From: Arenicellales bacterium
Lineage (GTDB): Bacteria > Pseudomonadota > Gammaproteobacteria > Arenicellales > JAJDZL01
Length of the DNA stretch: 64,000 nucleotides
Assembly: GCA_951813075.1 (NCBI GenBank)
Contig: OX638343.1
Span: 1,335,999-1,399,998, forward strand
Direction: 5' to 3'
Position numbers and translations under genes: made by a program. The notes below the pieces were generated by a model. It did no database searches and had not been told where the DNA came from. It saw only the letters and a list, made by a program, of their open reading frames with translations. Positions 39,913 to 50,714 of the stretch are shown here, one piece after another. Position 1 is the stretch's first letter; the number at the start of each line of letters is the position of its first letter.

Positions 39913-41598
39913 TCAACAGAGATTTTGAAGTCTGCAGGCACAGGATGCATCGATTGTTACATCTGCTCTTGCCTTTGCGAGGTTTAACCTGGAGCGAAAC
40001 AACCGGGCCTGTTTGTTTTTACCCTGTCGTTCAAGACACTCGACCAGTCCATGCAGACTCCACGGATTTTCGATGTGCTGCGAGGTGCTAACCAGCGCAT
40101 CAGACAGACCCAGATCGTCCATATAGACTTGTCGGGCTTCTTCGCAATGTCCCTGCTCGAGCAGCAGAGCACCCAGCGCATGGCGAGCAGGTTGCATCCA
40201 GCCCCAGGGTTCATCGTATTTCAGATTGTCATCCAGATAGACGGCCCTGCGCAGGCACTTAAAAGCGACGTCATAATTCGCCTGTCGATATTCGAGTTCG
40301 CCATTTAGCATCTGCTCGGCAATTTTTAAAACATCCTTGCAAGTATTGTTGAACAAATACCGAGTTTCAGGTACTCGCTCGACCGCTTCGCGAAACTTCT
40401 GCCGTTCAGACTCCGCCTGCTGAATTTCACCACGCACAGCGTGAGTAATGCCCTTCGCGTAGCGCCATGTCGCAGTTGTCATTGAGTAAAGTGTTGAATC
40501 TTCGGGAAGTGGTTGATCAATAATTTCCTGCCAGCGTCCAAATCGAATGTAAACATGTGCCTTCACCGCGATATAGCCTTCCGCCCAGTCAGCCATGGCG
40601 GGGTTTTCGATTCTAAGTAACTCCTCCGGAGCAGTTTCAATTATCTTTTCGGCGGCATCCAAAGCTTCAGAATATTGTCCGAGAAACATCGCGGCGTAAA
40701 CTTTCAGATGCAGATTATGGATACGCGACAGTGCATTAAAGTTAATTACGCCTTCATTCTTGACATATTTCTGATCGGCAGAAACCGCTCTGTCGTTTGC
40801 AAGAACAGCCTCGTAGTAGTGACCGCATCGTACGTCAATATGGGAAGGCATGTGACACAAATGGCCTGAATCCGGGACAAGTTCTCGAAGCTGGTCACTG
40901 GCTCTAAGCGCTTTTTCCGGAACGGAAGACATTTCCATCACATGTATGTACATATGCAAGATGCCCGGATGCGGTATTTTTTTCGCTTTTTCGATTCGAT
41001 CGATGCCTTTTTCCAATACTTCAATCGCCTCTAAAGTCGATGCACCGTCGGATGGCTGACCAGTTCTCAAATTCCAAAGTTCCCATGGTGTGCGCGTCAT
41101 GAGTGCTTCCGCAAAAAGTGCTGATACGTCGTCATGCTCCGGGTAGGCCTCGTAGACGAGACGCATCTCATCGGCGTAGTCGTCGTTCCAGCGCTGATAG
41201 TGTGCGAAGTCAACCGGAGTGGGCGATTGATAACGTGCCTGTAATGCATTGATCATCATCGCCTGCCAGTCCGAAGCAAACGCAATTTTCTGTTTTGCTT
41301 CGCGTGAATAGTGATAGGATTGATTTAATTTTTCGACCAGTTCGTCTTTTTGCATTCGAGCCCAAGGTTTGTTGTAGTAAGTACCTGAGGTATAAGCCAT
41401 TCCCCAGTAAGCTAGAGCGTAATTCGAGTTAAGTTCAGCGACTCGTTTGAAGCATCGAAAGGACATTTCCAGATCAAACCCATAAAGCCAGATCATCCCG
41501 CGGTTCAGCCAGATTTCCGGTTCTTTGCTGGTTTTATTGATCGAGTCGAAATATGCGCCTAGGTTATACGGATGCTCCGTGTTCACTTCGTAAAGCAT
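39913..41598 (-). CDS. soluble helical-repeat (TPR-like) protein, function unknown
   Basis: 561 aa with no TM segment or signal peptide. The composition is helical-repeat (e.g. NSNYALAYWGMAYTSG, repeated A/Y/L-rich pairs). I recognise no catalytic motif. Confidence 0.55.
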   Translation of the reverse strand: MLYEVNTEHPYNLGAYFDSINKTSKEPEIWLNRGMIWLYGFDLEMSFRCFKRVAELNSNYALAYWGMAYTSGTYYNKPWARMQKDELVEKLNQSYHYSREAKQKIAFASDWQAMMINALQARYQSPTPVDFAHYQRWNDDYADEMRLVYEAYPEHDDVSALFAEALMTRTPWELWNLRTGQPSDGASTLEAIEVLEKGIDRIEKAKKIPHPGILHMYIHVMEMSSVPEKALRASDQLRELVPDSGHLCHMPSHIDVRCGHYYEAVLANDRAVSADQKYVKNEGVINFNALSRIHNLHLKVYAAMFLGQYSEALDAAEKIIETAPEELLRIENPAMADWAEGYIAVKAHVYIRFGRWQEIIDQPLPEDSTLYSMTTATWRYAKGITHAVRGEIQQAESERQKFREAVERVPETRYLFNNTCKDVLKIAEQMLNGELEYRQANYDVAFKCLRRAVYLDDNLKYDEPWGWMQPARHALGALLLEQGHCEEARQVYMDDLGLSDALVSTSQHIENPWSLHGLVECLERQGKNKQARLFRSRLNLAKARADVTIDASCACRLQNLC

Positions 41599-41753
41599 GT
41601 TTTTAGGTAATCCAACCGACTCAAAATCGTCTTCATCGCGCAGTATACTTCTTTACTGATCAATAGACGATCAGCCAATTTATCTAGTGCATCAGTACCG
41701 CGCATTACCGTAGATAGGTCTACAGGATTGATAAATCAAAAATATTACTGTTT

Positions 41754-42572
41754 ATGTTGACAGAACTTCTCGTCCAAGATAATTCGATTACAGATCCGTT
41801 CACGGTTCAGCCCGAGGTGTTGCGTGCTTACCATGAGGACGGCGCAATATTGTTGAAATCCGTATTTGGCGAGCCTTGGATTTCTGATCTTCGCGTTTCT
41901 GCGGACCGATCTCTCAGTCAATCGGATAATTATTTTCATCGCCAAAGGGTATGGGAAAATGATGACGTCTGCCGTGAATTTTGTCTTAATTCTTCGGCAC
42001 CAGCGATTGCTGCTGCGTTTATGGGGTCATCCAAGATCAACCTGCTCTACGATCAAATTTTTGCCAAAACTGCTGGCGATCCGGCAACCCCTTGGCACAA
42101 CGACCTGCCTTACTGGCCGGTACGAAACGGCCGCGCCATCACGCTCTGGCTGGCACTTGACGTGATCAGATTCAATTCCGGGCCGCTTGAATTTGTCGCT
42201 GGTTCACACTTATGGAAAAAATGGTATCAACCGTTCACTGTGAAAAAAGACGGCCGTCAGGCTGCATTTTACGAAGGTACTGAATCAGCATTCGAACCAC
42301 TGCCTGATTTTGAAGCAGAACGTAACAAACACAGAATTCTGTGCTGGGAGATGGACCCAGGTGATGTGATTGTGTTCGATGGAATGACAGTGCACGGTGC
42401 AAAAGCAAATAGCTCGGCCGTCATGCGCAGAGGTTACGCTGTCCGATTTACTGGAGATGGCATGACTTACCATTCTGATAGGGAAGTTAACAAGATCATT
42501 GTCAACCCACACCTGAAGGACGGGCAACCGCTGGACAGCGACCAGTACCCGGCTATAAACTTTCTCGAGTAA
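41754..42572 (+). CDS. Fe(II)/2-oxoglutarate dioxygenase, PhyH-like
   Basis: 272 aa. WHNDLPYW (HxD) plus the distal His in TVHGAKAN form a facial triad. Confidence 0.72.
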   Translation: MLTELLVQDNSITDPFTVQPEVLRAYHEDGAILLKSVFGEPWISDLRVSADRSLSQSDNYFHRQRVWENDDVCREFCLNSSAPAIAAAFMGSSKINLLYDQIFAKTAGDPATPWHNDLPYWPVRNGRAITLWLALDVIRFNSGPLEFVAGSHLWKKWYQPFTVKKDGRQAAFYEGTESAFEPLPDFEAERNKHRILCWEMDPGDVIVFDGMTVHGAKANSSAVMRRGYAVRFTGDGMTYHSDREVNKIIVNPHLKDGQPLDSDQYPAINFLE

Positions 42573-42819
42573 GAGTACTCCAGAACCCGCGCTGTTCTAG
42601 CAGCACTCTGATATAGAGTCGATCTTCAAGGTTACTTCGCGCAATTCATGTCGATAAATTTGAGCAGTTTGATTAAATTGCGGCATGATTTGAACCGGTG
42701 CGACCATTCACCTGGCTCGCCCATCAGAGCATCGAATCGATTCGACGTCAAAAGAATTCGATTTCCTCTCAATCGATACCGATTATCAGGTGCTCAAATG
42801 ATAGAAATGAAACCGGGCT

Positions 42820-43119
42820 TCAGTGGTTTGATTCGTGCCGGGCGTTGTACGCTGCCTTTTGCTCAGCGGTCGCCTCCATCTGATACTTGTCTTTCCATTC
42901 TGAGTACGGCATTCCATAGACGATTTCACGAGCCTCTTCATAACTGAGTTCGTGTCCGCGATCTTCGGCTGCTGATCGATACCACTTGGAGAGGCAGTTA
43001 CGGCAAAAGTTCGCAAGATTCATAAGGTCGATATTCTGCACCTCAGTGTGAGTGCGAAAATGTTCAACAAGACGACGAAATGCCGCCGCTTCTATTTCAA
43101 TCTGAGTATTCTCATCCAT
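42820..43119 (-). CDS. DUF1244 family protein
   Basis: 99 aa. AAFRRLVEHFRTHTEVQNIDLMNLANFCRNCLSKWY...VYGMPYSEWK matches my recollection of DUF1244. Confidence 0.75.
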   Translation of the reverse strand: MDENTQIEIEAAAFRRLVEHFRTHTEVQNIDLMNLANFCRNCLSKWYRSAAEDRGHELSYEEAREIVYGMPYSEWKDKYQMEATAEQKAAYNARHESNH

Positions 43120-43134
43120 AGTAAGATTTCCTTT

Positions 43135-43587
43135 CTAGTTCAGGACTTGTCTGGGGCCTGCGGTATTGTGCTCGACCCAGCGGTCCGCACCATCAGATAG
43201 TCGTTCTTTCTTCCAGAACGGCGCTTGTGACTTCAGATATTCAACAATCTTTTCACAGGCCTCAAATGCTTCTGCGCGATGCTCAGACCACACCCCCACC
43301 AACACAATCGGGTCACCCGGTGTTATAGTGCCGACACGGTGCAAAATCACGATATCCAGAATTTCATGGTCAGCCTGAACCTGCTGTGCCAATTGAGAAA
43401 GATGCCCCTCAGTCATTCCAGCATAATGCTCGAGTGTCATTTGAGTAACCGTGTCGCCTTCGTTCATGTCACGCATGGTTCCAACAAATACTGCCGTCGC
43501 ACCGAATGATCCAGGAGACAGTGACGACTCCTGTTTGAATACCTCCCGCCAAGGATCGAATGCGGATTCAAGTACCTCGATTCGCAT
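43135..43587 (-). CDS. moaE: molybdopterin synthase catalytic subunit
   Basis: 150 aa, MoaE-like. It follows moaD after a 2-nt gap. Confidence 0.88.
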   Translation of the reverse strand: MRIEVLESAFDPWREVFKQESSLSPGSFGATAVFVGTMRDMNEGDTVTQMTLEHYAGMTEGHLSQLAQQVQADHEILDIVILHRVGTITPGDPIVLVGVWSEHRAEAFEACEKIVEYLKSQAPFWKKERLSDGADRWVEHNTAGPRQVLN

Positions 43588-43589
43588 TA

Positions 43590-43823
43590 CTACCCTCCAG
43601 TGACTGGCGGAAAAAACGCGACTTCATCACCTTCCTTGATCGTGGCATCAAAATCCGAATACTCCTGATTTATCGCAACCAACGCATTGCCGGGGATCGG
43701 TATGTCGCTTACACAATGCATCCATGCGTCTCTCGCTGTATGGATACCTTCGTTTGAAATCAATTCCTCGCGTCGACCAACCCGGTCAGCCAGGCTTGCA
43801 AAAAATCGAACTGTGATTGTCAT
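43590..43823 (-). CDS. moaD: molybdopterin synthase sulfur-carrier subunit
   Basis: 77 aa, ThiS/MoaD-like, ending in ...FFPPVTGG. Confidence 0.85.
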   Translation of the reverse strand: MTITVRFFASLADRVGRREELISNEGIHTARDAWMHCVSDIPIPGNALVAINQEYSDFDATIKEGDEVAFFPPVTGG

Positions 43824-43838
43824 AGCAAACTCGCCTTT

Positions 43839-44864
43839 TCAGACAGTAAAACTACCCAATTCGCTAGTATATTCGCCCTTGGAAGCGAATGCATTGACCA
43901 TCGCTCGCTTCAATACCTCGCCGTGTACTTCCGCCTGTTTGCTGTTATCACCACTCCATGCCTTCATCGGCGCCTGTTGCAGAGCCCGCCCATAAGAAAA
44001 TGTCAGGCGCCATGGAAGATCAACTTCAAGTTGATTCATTCGGTTAAGGTGCAAAGTCGCCTGCTCGTCTGTCTGACCACCCGAAAGAAATGCGATACCA
44101 CCCACCTCCGAAGGCACTGTTGCCCGAAGACAATCAACAGTCTGCTCAGCAACTTCGTCGACATCAGCCTGTTCCAGACACTCCTTTCCTGAAAGAACCA
44201 TATTTGGTTTGAGCACTGTTCCGCCTAGCGCAACGCCTTGCTGGTCAAGCTGCTCATAAACAACGCTCAAAGTCTTTTCGGTTATTGCCCGACAGGTTGC
44301 GATGTCATGAGTTCCGTCCATCAACACTTCCGGCTCGACGATCGGTACTACACCTGCTTCCTGACACAGCGCCACATAGCGCGCAAGCGCATGTGCGTTG
44401 GCCATGATGCAGGCATCTGTCGGAATCCCGTCACCAATTGTAATAACCGCCCGCCACTTGGCAAATCTGGCACCAAGCGTGACATATTCTTCAAGGCGCT
44501 CCCGCAGCCCGTCCAAACCTTCGGTAACTTTCTCTTCAGGGTGTCCGGCCAAAACTTTGGCTCCCTTGTCTACCTTGATACCCGGAACGATTCCAATTCG
44601 ATCCAGATATGATGCGAAAGGTATTTCGCCATTCACCTTCTGACGAATTGTCTCGTCGAATAAAATCGCTCCGCTGATGTAGTCCGAAATTCCCGGAGCC
44701 GTGACCAGCATTTGGCGATAGCTCAGACGGTTCTGCTCGGTTGACACAACTCCGAGTTTCTCAAATCTGGAAGTGCACGTTCCGGTACTTTCATCCATAG
44801 CAAGGATGCCTCGTCCAGAGGCGACCATTTCGCGAGCCGTCGCTTCAAGTTTATCCAGTTGCAT
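43839..44864 (-). CDS. fba: fructose-bisphosphate aldolase, class I
   Basis: 341 aa with GILAMDESTGT and a Schiff-base Lys context, TVLKPNMV. Confidence 0.9.
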   Translation of the reverse strand: MQLDKLEATAREMVASGRGILAMDESTGTCTSRFEKLGVVSTEQNRLSYRQMLVTAPGISDYISGAILFDETIRQKVNGEIPFASYLDRIGIVPGIKVDKGAKVLAGHPEEKVTEGLDGLRERLEEYVTLGARFAKWRAVITIGDGIPTDACIMANAHALARYVALCQEAGVVPIVEPEVLMDGTHDIATCRAITEKTLSVVYEQLDQQGVALGGTVLKPNMVLSGKECLEQADVDEVAEQTVDCLRATVPSEVGGIAFLSGGQTDEQATLHLNRMNQLEVDLPWRLTFSYGRALQQAPMKAWSGDNSKQAEVHGEVLKRAMVNAFASKGEYTSELGSFTV

Positions 44865-44914
44865 ATCGTATTTTCTCCATTCCTTACATGCGTAAATGCG
44901 CTATTGAAATTAGT

Positions 44915-46339
44915 TTAGACCGTGATTATTTTCATTGTATTGGTTCCACCCTTGATGCCAGTGACTTCGCCACGCGTGACGATCAGGATATCACCTTTTT
45001 TGATGATTCCCCGATCTAGAAATTCACTCACCGCCTGATGTTCAATAGCGATGTCGGAATCCTCATTCATCTCGAAATCCACCGGATGAACACCTCTGAA
45101 CATCGTAACCCGCCGCTGGGTAGAGGCGTGCGAAGTCAGAGCATAGATAGGAATTCCCGATAACGATTGTGATAGCCATTTGGCAGTTGATCCTGATTCG
45201 GTTAAAGAGAGTATCGCGGTAATATCGTAGTGTCGCGCTGTATACATGGCTGCCATCCCAACCGCCTCTTCGGTACCCGAAAACTGATCATCTGCGCGTT
45301 CCACGCGATCCATCGTCCGATCAGTCGACTCCGAACCCCGACATATCCGATTGACCGCTGCCACGACTTTAGCCGGATGTTTGCCGATCGCGGACTCCTG
45401 AGAAAGCATGATGGAATCGGTCCCATCAAGTACAGCGTTGGCGACATCAAGTACTTCAGCGCGAGTCGGTGTGGTACTTGTGACCATTGAAGTCATCATC
45501 TGCGTCGCAGTGATCACGAATCGGTTGCGATTTCGGGCGGCTTTGATCAGACGTTTCTGCACTCCCGGTAGTTGGGCATCGCCGATTTCAACCGCAAGAT
45601 CTCCTCGTGCGATCATCACGCCATCCGAGGCCTCAACAATCTCATCGAAATTCTCGACTGCCTCAACACGCTCGATCTTCGAAACAATGCCGCCCTCGCA
45701 GCCGGTGGCCAGAAGCAGTTCGCGAGCAATATTCACGTCGACTGCGTTTCGTACGAATGATACCGCCATATAGTCGACATCGATCTCGCCAGCGAAACGA
45801 ATGTCTTGATGATCCTTGGGTGTGAGCGACTCGGCCGTCAACCCTCCACCTTGACGATTGATTCCCTTTGAATCGGACAATTCACCGCCCACCAACACTT
45901 CGGTAGTGATTACCGGGTCGAGAACTTCGGTAACCTTCAGTACGATATTACCGTCATCGACAACAAGAATATCTCCGAGTTTGGCATCGCGCGGAAGATT
46001 CTTGTACGTTACGCCGACGCGCTTTTTGGTACCGGCACTCTCGTCCATATCGACATCGAGTTTGAATTCTTTGCCTTCCTGCAGGTTGATTTTTCCGTCC
46101 TTGAATCGAGAGATTCGGATTTTTGGACCCTGCAGATCGGCAAGTATGCCGACTGGCTTGTTCAGTAAAGCAGCATGTTTTCGCACCAATGCAATGCGCT
46201 TTCGGTGATCGTCGTGCTTCCCATGTGAAAGGTTAACCCGAACGACGTTCAATCCCTTCTCGATGATTCTTTGCATTTCATGGTCCGAATCAGTCGCTGG
46301 ACCCAGCGTCGCCACAATTTTTGTCTGCCTTAATTCCAT
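44915..46339 (-). CDS. pyk: pyruvate kinase
   Basis: 474 aa with TKIVATLGPAT, MIARGDLAVEI and VITATQMMTSM. Confidence 0.92.
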   Translation of the reverse strand: MELRQTKIVATLGPATDSDHEMQRIIEKGLNVVRVNLSHGKHDDHRKRIALVRKHAALLNKPVGILADLQGPKIRISRFKDGKINLQEGKEFKLDVDMDESAGTKKRVGVTYKNLPRDAKLGDILVVDDGNIVLKVTEVLDPVITTEVLVGGELSDSKGINRQGGGLTAESLTPKDHQDIRFAGEIDVDYMAVSFVRNAVDVNIARELLLATGCEGGIVSKIERVEAVENFDEIVEASDGVMIARGDLAVEIGDAQLPGVQKRLIKAARNRNRFVITATQMMTSMVTSTTPTRAEVLDVANAVLDGTDSIMLSQESAIGKHPAKVVAAVNRICRGSESTDRTMDRVERADDQFSGTEEAVGMAAMYTARHYDITAILSLTESGSTAKWLSQSLSGIPIYALTSHASTQRRVTMFRGVHPVDFEMNEDSDIAIEHQAVSEFLDRGIIKKGDILIVTRGEVTGIKGGTNTMKIITV

Positions 46340-46345
46340 TTCCTA

Positions 46346-47542
46346 TCAAGCTGCCACATGCGTATCCGTGTACTTGTCGGCGTGACTCTCCAAAGCCCGG
46401 ATTGCAGGTAAATCGCCACCCTGCACATACTCGAGGAACGCCCCTCCTCCTGTTGAGACATACGAAATCTGATCCATCATTTCAAATTTTTCCAGTGCCG
46501 CCAGCGTGTCGCCGCCGCCGGCAACGGAATATGCCTCGCTCGCTATCACGGCTTCGGCAATACAACGTGTACCCGAATCGAAAGGGGCAACCTCAAATGC
46601 GCCTACCGGACCATTCCACACAATCGTTCCGCACCTGTCAATAATCGACCGATATTGTTCTTGTGTCCTGGTGCCGACATCCAAAATCATGTCGTCTGCT
46701 GAAACATCTTCAATCTGTTTCTCTCGACTCTCAACATTTTGCGCAAGAGATGGTGCTACAACCACATCTTGTGGTAAAGGCATATCACAACCCGTTTTCT
46801 CGGCTTCGGTAAGAATTTTTTCTGCAACCCCCAACAATTGTGGTTCATATAGTGACTTGCCAACATTAAAACCCCTGGCCGCCAGAAAGGTATTGGCAAT
46901 ACCACCTCCAACAATCAAGTGCTGGGACATTCCCGAAAGTCGTTCCAAAGTCTGCAGTTTGCCTTCAATTTTCGCGCCGCCTACGATCGATACAAACGGC
47001 AACACCGGTTCGTGAAGTGCTCGGTCAAGCGAGTCGACTTCATGTTGAACGAGCAGTCCGGCACAGGCGGTGTCGACATATTCAACTACCCCGGTCAGCG
47101 ACGCCTGGTTACGATGTGCGACACCGAACGCATCGAACACGAAAACATCACAAAGATCTGCAATTCGTCGGCTCAGTGATTGATCACAGGCTATTTCACC
47201 GCTGAGGAATCTGACGTTCTCACAAAGTGCGACCTGCCCGGGTTGTACGGATACACGATCAATCCAATCCTTGACGAACGTCACATCACGTCCGAGCAGC
47301 TCAGAAAGTGAACGGACCACAGGCTCAAGAGAGTAACGAGGGTCGAACACACCCTCCTCAGGACGACCGAAATGCGACACAATCAGAACTGAAGCGTTCT
47401 GGTCCAGCGCATATCTGACGGTATCCATCGAGGCGTGAATTCTCTCCATGCCAACAATATCGCCATCCTGCATTGATACGTTCAGGTCTGAGCGAATCAG
47501 CACCCGTTTGTCGCGGATGTCAACCTGCTGGAGCTTTAACAT
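46346..47542 (-). CDS. pgk: phosphoglycerate kinase
   Basis: MLKLQQVDIRDKRVLIRSDLNV...SHFGRPEEG. The start is set at internal ATG 47542, 8 nt after the gap stop; the longest ORF would overlap gap. Confidence 0.92.
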   Translation of the reverse strand: MLKLQQVDIRDKRVLIRSDLNVSMQDGDIVGMERIHASMDTVRYALDQNASVLIVSHFGRPEEGVFDPRYSLEPVVRSLSELLGRDVTFVKDWIDRVSVQPGQVALCENVRFLSGEIACDQSLSRRIADLCDVFVFDAFGVAHRNQASLTGVVEYVDTACAGLLVQHEVDSLDRALHEPVLPFVSIVGGAKIEGKLQTLERLSGMSQHLIVGGGIANTFLAARGFNVGKSLYEPQLLGVAEKILTEAEKTGCDMPLPQDVVVAPSLAQNVESREKQIEDVSADDMILDVGTRTQEQYRSIIDRCGTIVWNGPVGAFEVAPFDSGTRCIAEAVIASEAYSVAGGGDTLAALEKFEMMDQISYVSTGGGAFLEYVQGGDLPAIRALESHADKYTDTHVAA

Positions 47543-47550
47543 ATCCGGCG

Positions 47551-48561
47551 TCAGGAAGCGTTCATGAATGCTGCTGTCGTATCCAGCATTCGATTCGAGA
47601 ATGCCCATTCGTTATCGTACCAGCAACACACCTTGGCTGCCCGTTCGCCCACTACTCGGGTAGTCGATGCCTCAAAAACAGATGACACTGATGAATGATT
47701 GAAATCTACTGAAACCAATGGCTTGTCGTTAAATGCAAGTATTCCTTCAAGTGAGCCTTGGGCTGCTGATCTGACCGACTCGTGAATTGACTCAACACTG
47801 ACGTCCGACTCAGTTTCCACAGTCAGATCGACCAACGAAACATTCACTGTCGGTACACGTACGGCAAAACCATCCAATTTGCCGTCCAGTTCCGGCAGAA
47901 CCAGACCGATCGCGGCCGCCGCGCCGGTGCTTGTCGGAATCATGGATTGCGTCGCGGAACGGGCACGCCTCAGGTCGGTGTGAAAGACATCAGTCAGCAC
48001 CTGATCATTTGTATAAGCGTGGACTGTCGTCATCAATCCAGAGCGGATTCCAAATGCGTCATTCAGAACCTTGGCAATCGGTGCAAGACAGTTGGTGGTG
48101 CACGAGGCGTTGGAGACGACCGTGTGTGAAGCATCCAGGATATCGTGATTCACACCATAGACTATCGTTGCATCGACACCTTTTCCCGGTGCAGAAAGCA
48201 GTACTTTGGAAGCCCCCGCATCAAGATGTCCCGACGCTTTGTCCTTGCTCGCGAAAAATCCCGTACATTCCAGAACGATATCGACACCCAGCTCACCCCA
48301 TGGAAGATTTGCAGGTACTCTTTCGGAGAATGTCCGAATGAGGTTACCGTCAACCGTAAATCCGTCTTGCGCAGTTTCAACCGTTCCCGCAAATTTTCCA
48401 TGAACGGTATCGTATTGGAGCAAGTGCGCGTTGGTCTGTGTGTCAGCCAGATCATTGATCGCGACGACATTCAGATCGGAGTGCTTTGGTGATTCATAAA
48501 GTGCTCTCATGATGTTGCGACCGATTCGGCCAAATCCATTGATGGCAACTTTTACTGACAT
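47551..48561 (-). CDS. gap: glyceraldehyde-3-phosphate dehydrogenase
   Basis: [12 protein letters not shown] and the catalytic site [12 protein letters not shown]. Confidence 0.95.
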   Translation of the reverse strand: MSVKVAINGFGRIGRNIMRALYESPKHSDLNVVAINDLADTQTNAHLLQYDTVHGKFAGTVETAQDGFTVDGNLIRTFSERVPANLPWGELGVDIVLECTGFFASKDKASGHLDAGASKVLLSAPGKGVDATIVYGVNHDILDASHTVVSNASCTTNCLAPIAKVLNDAFGIRSGLMTTVHAYTNDQVLTDVFHTDLRRARSATQSMIPTSTGAAAAIGLVLPELDGKLDGFAVRVPTVNVSLVDLTVETESDVSVESIHESVRSAAQGSLEGILAFNDKPLVSVDFNHSSVSSVFEASTTRVVGERAAKVCCWYDNEWAFSNRMLDTTAAFMNAS

Positions 48562-48614
48562 GGTTTGATTTACCTAAATTTCTGAATGGATGGAAATCTG
48601 TTCAACGCGAATTC

Positions 48615-50621
48615 TCAGTTGAGTAGTTGCAGAACCGTCTGCTCTACTGCATCGGTTGTCAGGTTAAACAGTTGATATACGTCTTTGGCAGGTGCGGATT
48701 CGCCGAACTGATCCACACCCAACACGCGCCCGTGAGGTCCTGCGTATTTCGACCAGATGGCGGTAACTCCGGCTTCGACAACGACACGAGCGGAAACATT
48801 CGGTGGGATGACCGCATCTTTGTATTGCTCGCTTTGTGCTTCAAATACATCGGTGCAGGGGATCGACACAACACGAATTCGCTTGCCAGCCTGTGATAGC
48901 GATCGAGCCGCCTCTACTGCCAGTGACACTTCGGTCCCGGTCGCAATAATCAAAGCTTCTGGAACCCCTTCACAGTCAACCAGAACATACCCGCCGTTGG
49001 CGATCTGATCGATCTGTGCCTGAATGCGCGACTGTTGCGGTACCCCCTGGCGGGATAACAACAGGCATGTCGGGCCGTCCCTTCTTTCGATCGCGGCCTT
49101 CCAGGCAAACAATGTCTCCTGTGAATCACAGGGACGCCAAACCGACAGATTCGGCATCAATCGCAGAGTTGCGGCCTGTTCGACCGCCTGGTGCGTCGGT
49201 CCATCCTCGCCAAGTCCGATCGAATCATGCGTCAGCACCATAATGGATTGCACGCGCATCAATGCGGCCATCCGAATTGCGTTTCTGGCATATTCGGAAA
49301 ACATGAGAAATGTCGCCCCGTAGGGAATGAACCCTCCGTGCAGTGCAAGTCCGTTGACGATCGCGGTCATGCCGAACTCCCGGACACCAAAATAAATATA
49401 GTTGCCTTGTGGGTTGGAGTTGTCATTCACGGTGGAACCACTCCATAGCGTGAGATTAGACCCTGTCAGGTCGGCCGACCCCCCGATGATTTCCGGCAGC
49501 ATGGGACCGAATGACTCCAGTGCAATTTTTGAAGACTGCCGTGTGGCGACGGCTGAATCACCAACCGCGTTAATTGCTTTCGTACTCTCGGATTCCCACT
49601 CATTGGGCAATTCACCATTGACCCGACGCATAAACTCGGTTGCAAGTTCCGGGTATGCCTCTTTATACGAAGCGAATCGTTCATTCCATTGAGATTCAAG
49701 CTGAGCACCACGAGTAGTGCAATCGAAAGCGTCATAAATTGAGTCGGGAACCTCAAAAGCGGGATACTCCCAACCGAGCTTCTTCCGGGTGAGTGCGACT
49801 TCATCGTCTCCGAGCGGTGCACCGTGCGCTGCTGCCGTTGCTTGTTTGTTCGGCGCTCCCCAACCGATGAGCGTCTTGCAGCAAATCATACTTGGCTGAT
49901 CAGTCTGCTGGAGTGCAGTGACAATGGCGTCTTTCACCTGCATCGGGTTATGACCATCAACATCGTCAATCACATGCCAGCCATAAGCACGGAACCGACC
50001 GGCAGTATTGTCAGTAAACCAACCAGAAACTTCCCCATCGATGGAGACGTTGTTATCGTCATAAATCACAATCAGTTTACCAAGTTTGTGAGTGCCGGCA
50101 AACGAAGCCACCTCATGAGAAAGTCCCTCCATCAGGCAGCCGTCTCCGACAAAAGCATAGGTGTAGTGATCGACAATCTGATGATTTGGTCGGTTGAACT
50201 GTGCCGCCAGCACTTTCTCTGCCATCGCAAAACCAACAGCGTTGGCAAACCCCTGTGCCAAAGGGCCAGTCGTGGTTTCGACTCCCGGTGTCAGTCCGTA
50301 TTCCGGATGGCCGGGTGTTTTTGAATGCAACTGTCGAAAGCTTCTGATCTCATCCAATGGCAGATCGTATCCGGTCAGATGGAGCAAGGCATAGATCAGC
50401 ATCGAACCATGCCCATTCGACAGTACAAATCGGTCGCGGTCGCACCACTTTGGATTTGTTGGATTATGTTTGAGTAAATCGCACCATAGCACTTCGGCGA
50501 TGTCCGCCATTCCCATCGGCATCCCAGGATGCCCGGATTTTGCAGCCTGAACGGCGTCCATCGCCAACGCGCGAATTGCGTTGGATTTTTCCAGACGTGT
50601 TGGAGTTATCGCGAGGTCCAC
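48615..50621 (-). CDS. tkt: transketolase (housekeeping copy heading tkt-gap-pgk-pyk-fba)
   Basis: 668 aa with [21 protein letters not shown] and [15 protein letters not shown]. Confidence 0.95.
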   Translation of the reverse strand: MDLAITPTRLEKSNAIRALAMDAVQAAKSGHPGMPMGMADIAEVLWCDLLKHNPTNPKWCDRDRFVLSNGHGSMLIYALLHLTGYDLPLDEIRSFRQLHSKTPGHPEYGLTPGVETTTGPLAQGFANAVGFAMAEKVLAAQFNRPNHQIVDHYTYAFVGDGCLMEGLSHEVASFAGTHKLGKLIVIYDDNNVSIDGEVSGWFTDNTAGRFRAYGWHVIDDVDGHNPMQVKDAIVTALQQTDQPSMICCKTLIGWGAPNKQATAAAHGAPLGDDEVALTRKKLGWEYPAFEVPDSIYDAFDCTTRGAQLESQWNERFASYKEAYPELATEFMRRVNGELPNEWESESTKAINAVGDSAVATRQSSKIALESFGPMLPEIIGGSADLTGSNLTLWSGSTVNDNSNPQGNYIYFGVREFGMTAIVNGLALHGGFIPYGATFLMFSEYARNAIRMAALMRVQSIMVLTHDSIGLGEDGPTHQAVEQAATLRLMPNLSVWRPCDSQETLFAWKAAIERRDGPTCLLLSRQGVPQQSRIQAQIDQIANGGYVLVDCEGVPEALIIATGTEVSLAVEAARSLSQAGKRIRVVSIPCTDVFEAQSEQYKDAVIPPNVSARVVVEAGVTAIWSKYAGPHGRVLGVDQFGESAPAKDVYQLFNLTTDAVEQTVLQLLN

Positions 50622-50714
50622 AGCATTCAGCCTGCTGCCCAGTTCACCAATAAATTAAAAGGGTTTACAGACGCTCATCCCGATGGATAAATTTATCAAG
50701 CGTCGATGGGAGAA

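Noticed and set aside
39596-39928. 106-aa minus ORF (TTG start, Arg-rich) and a fully antisense 53-aa plus ORF (39767-39928, AGGAG 12 nt upstream) between tkt2 and the TPR-like gene.
   Set aside because: The two are mutually exclusive, neither has a recognisable motif, and one uses TTG with no SD. I cannot decide without conservation or expression data.
37455-50621. The inverted tkt paralogues as substrates for a recombinational inversion of the intervening 9 kb.
   Set aside because: A spot comparison of the most conserved 5' region shows only about 75% nucleotide identity with no long identical runs. That is too divergent for efficient homologous recombination.
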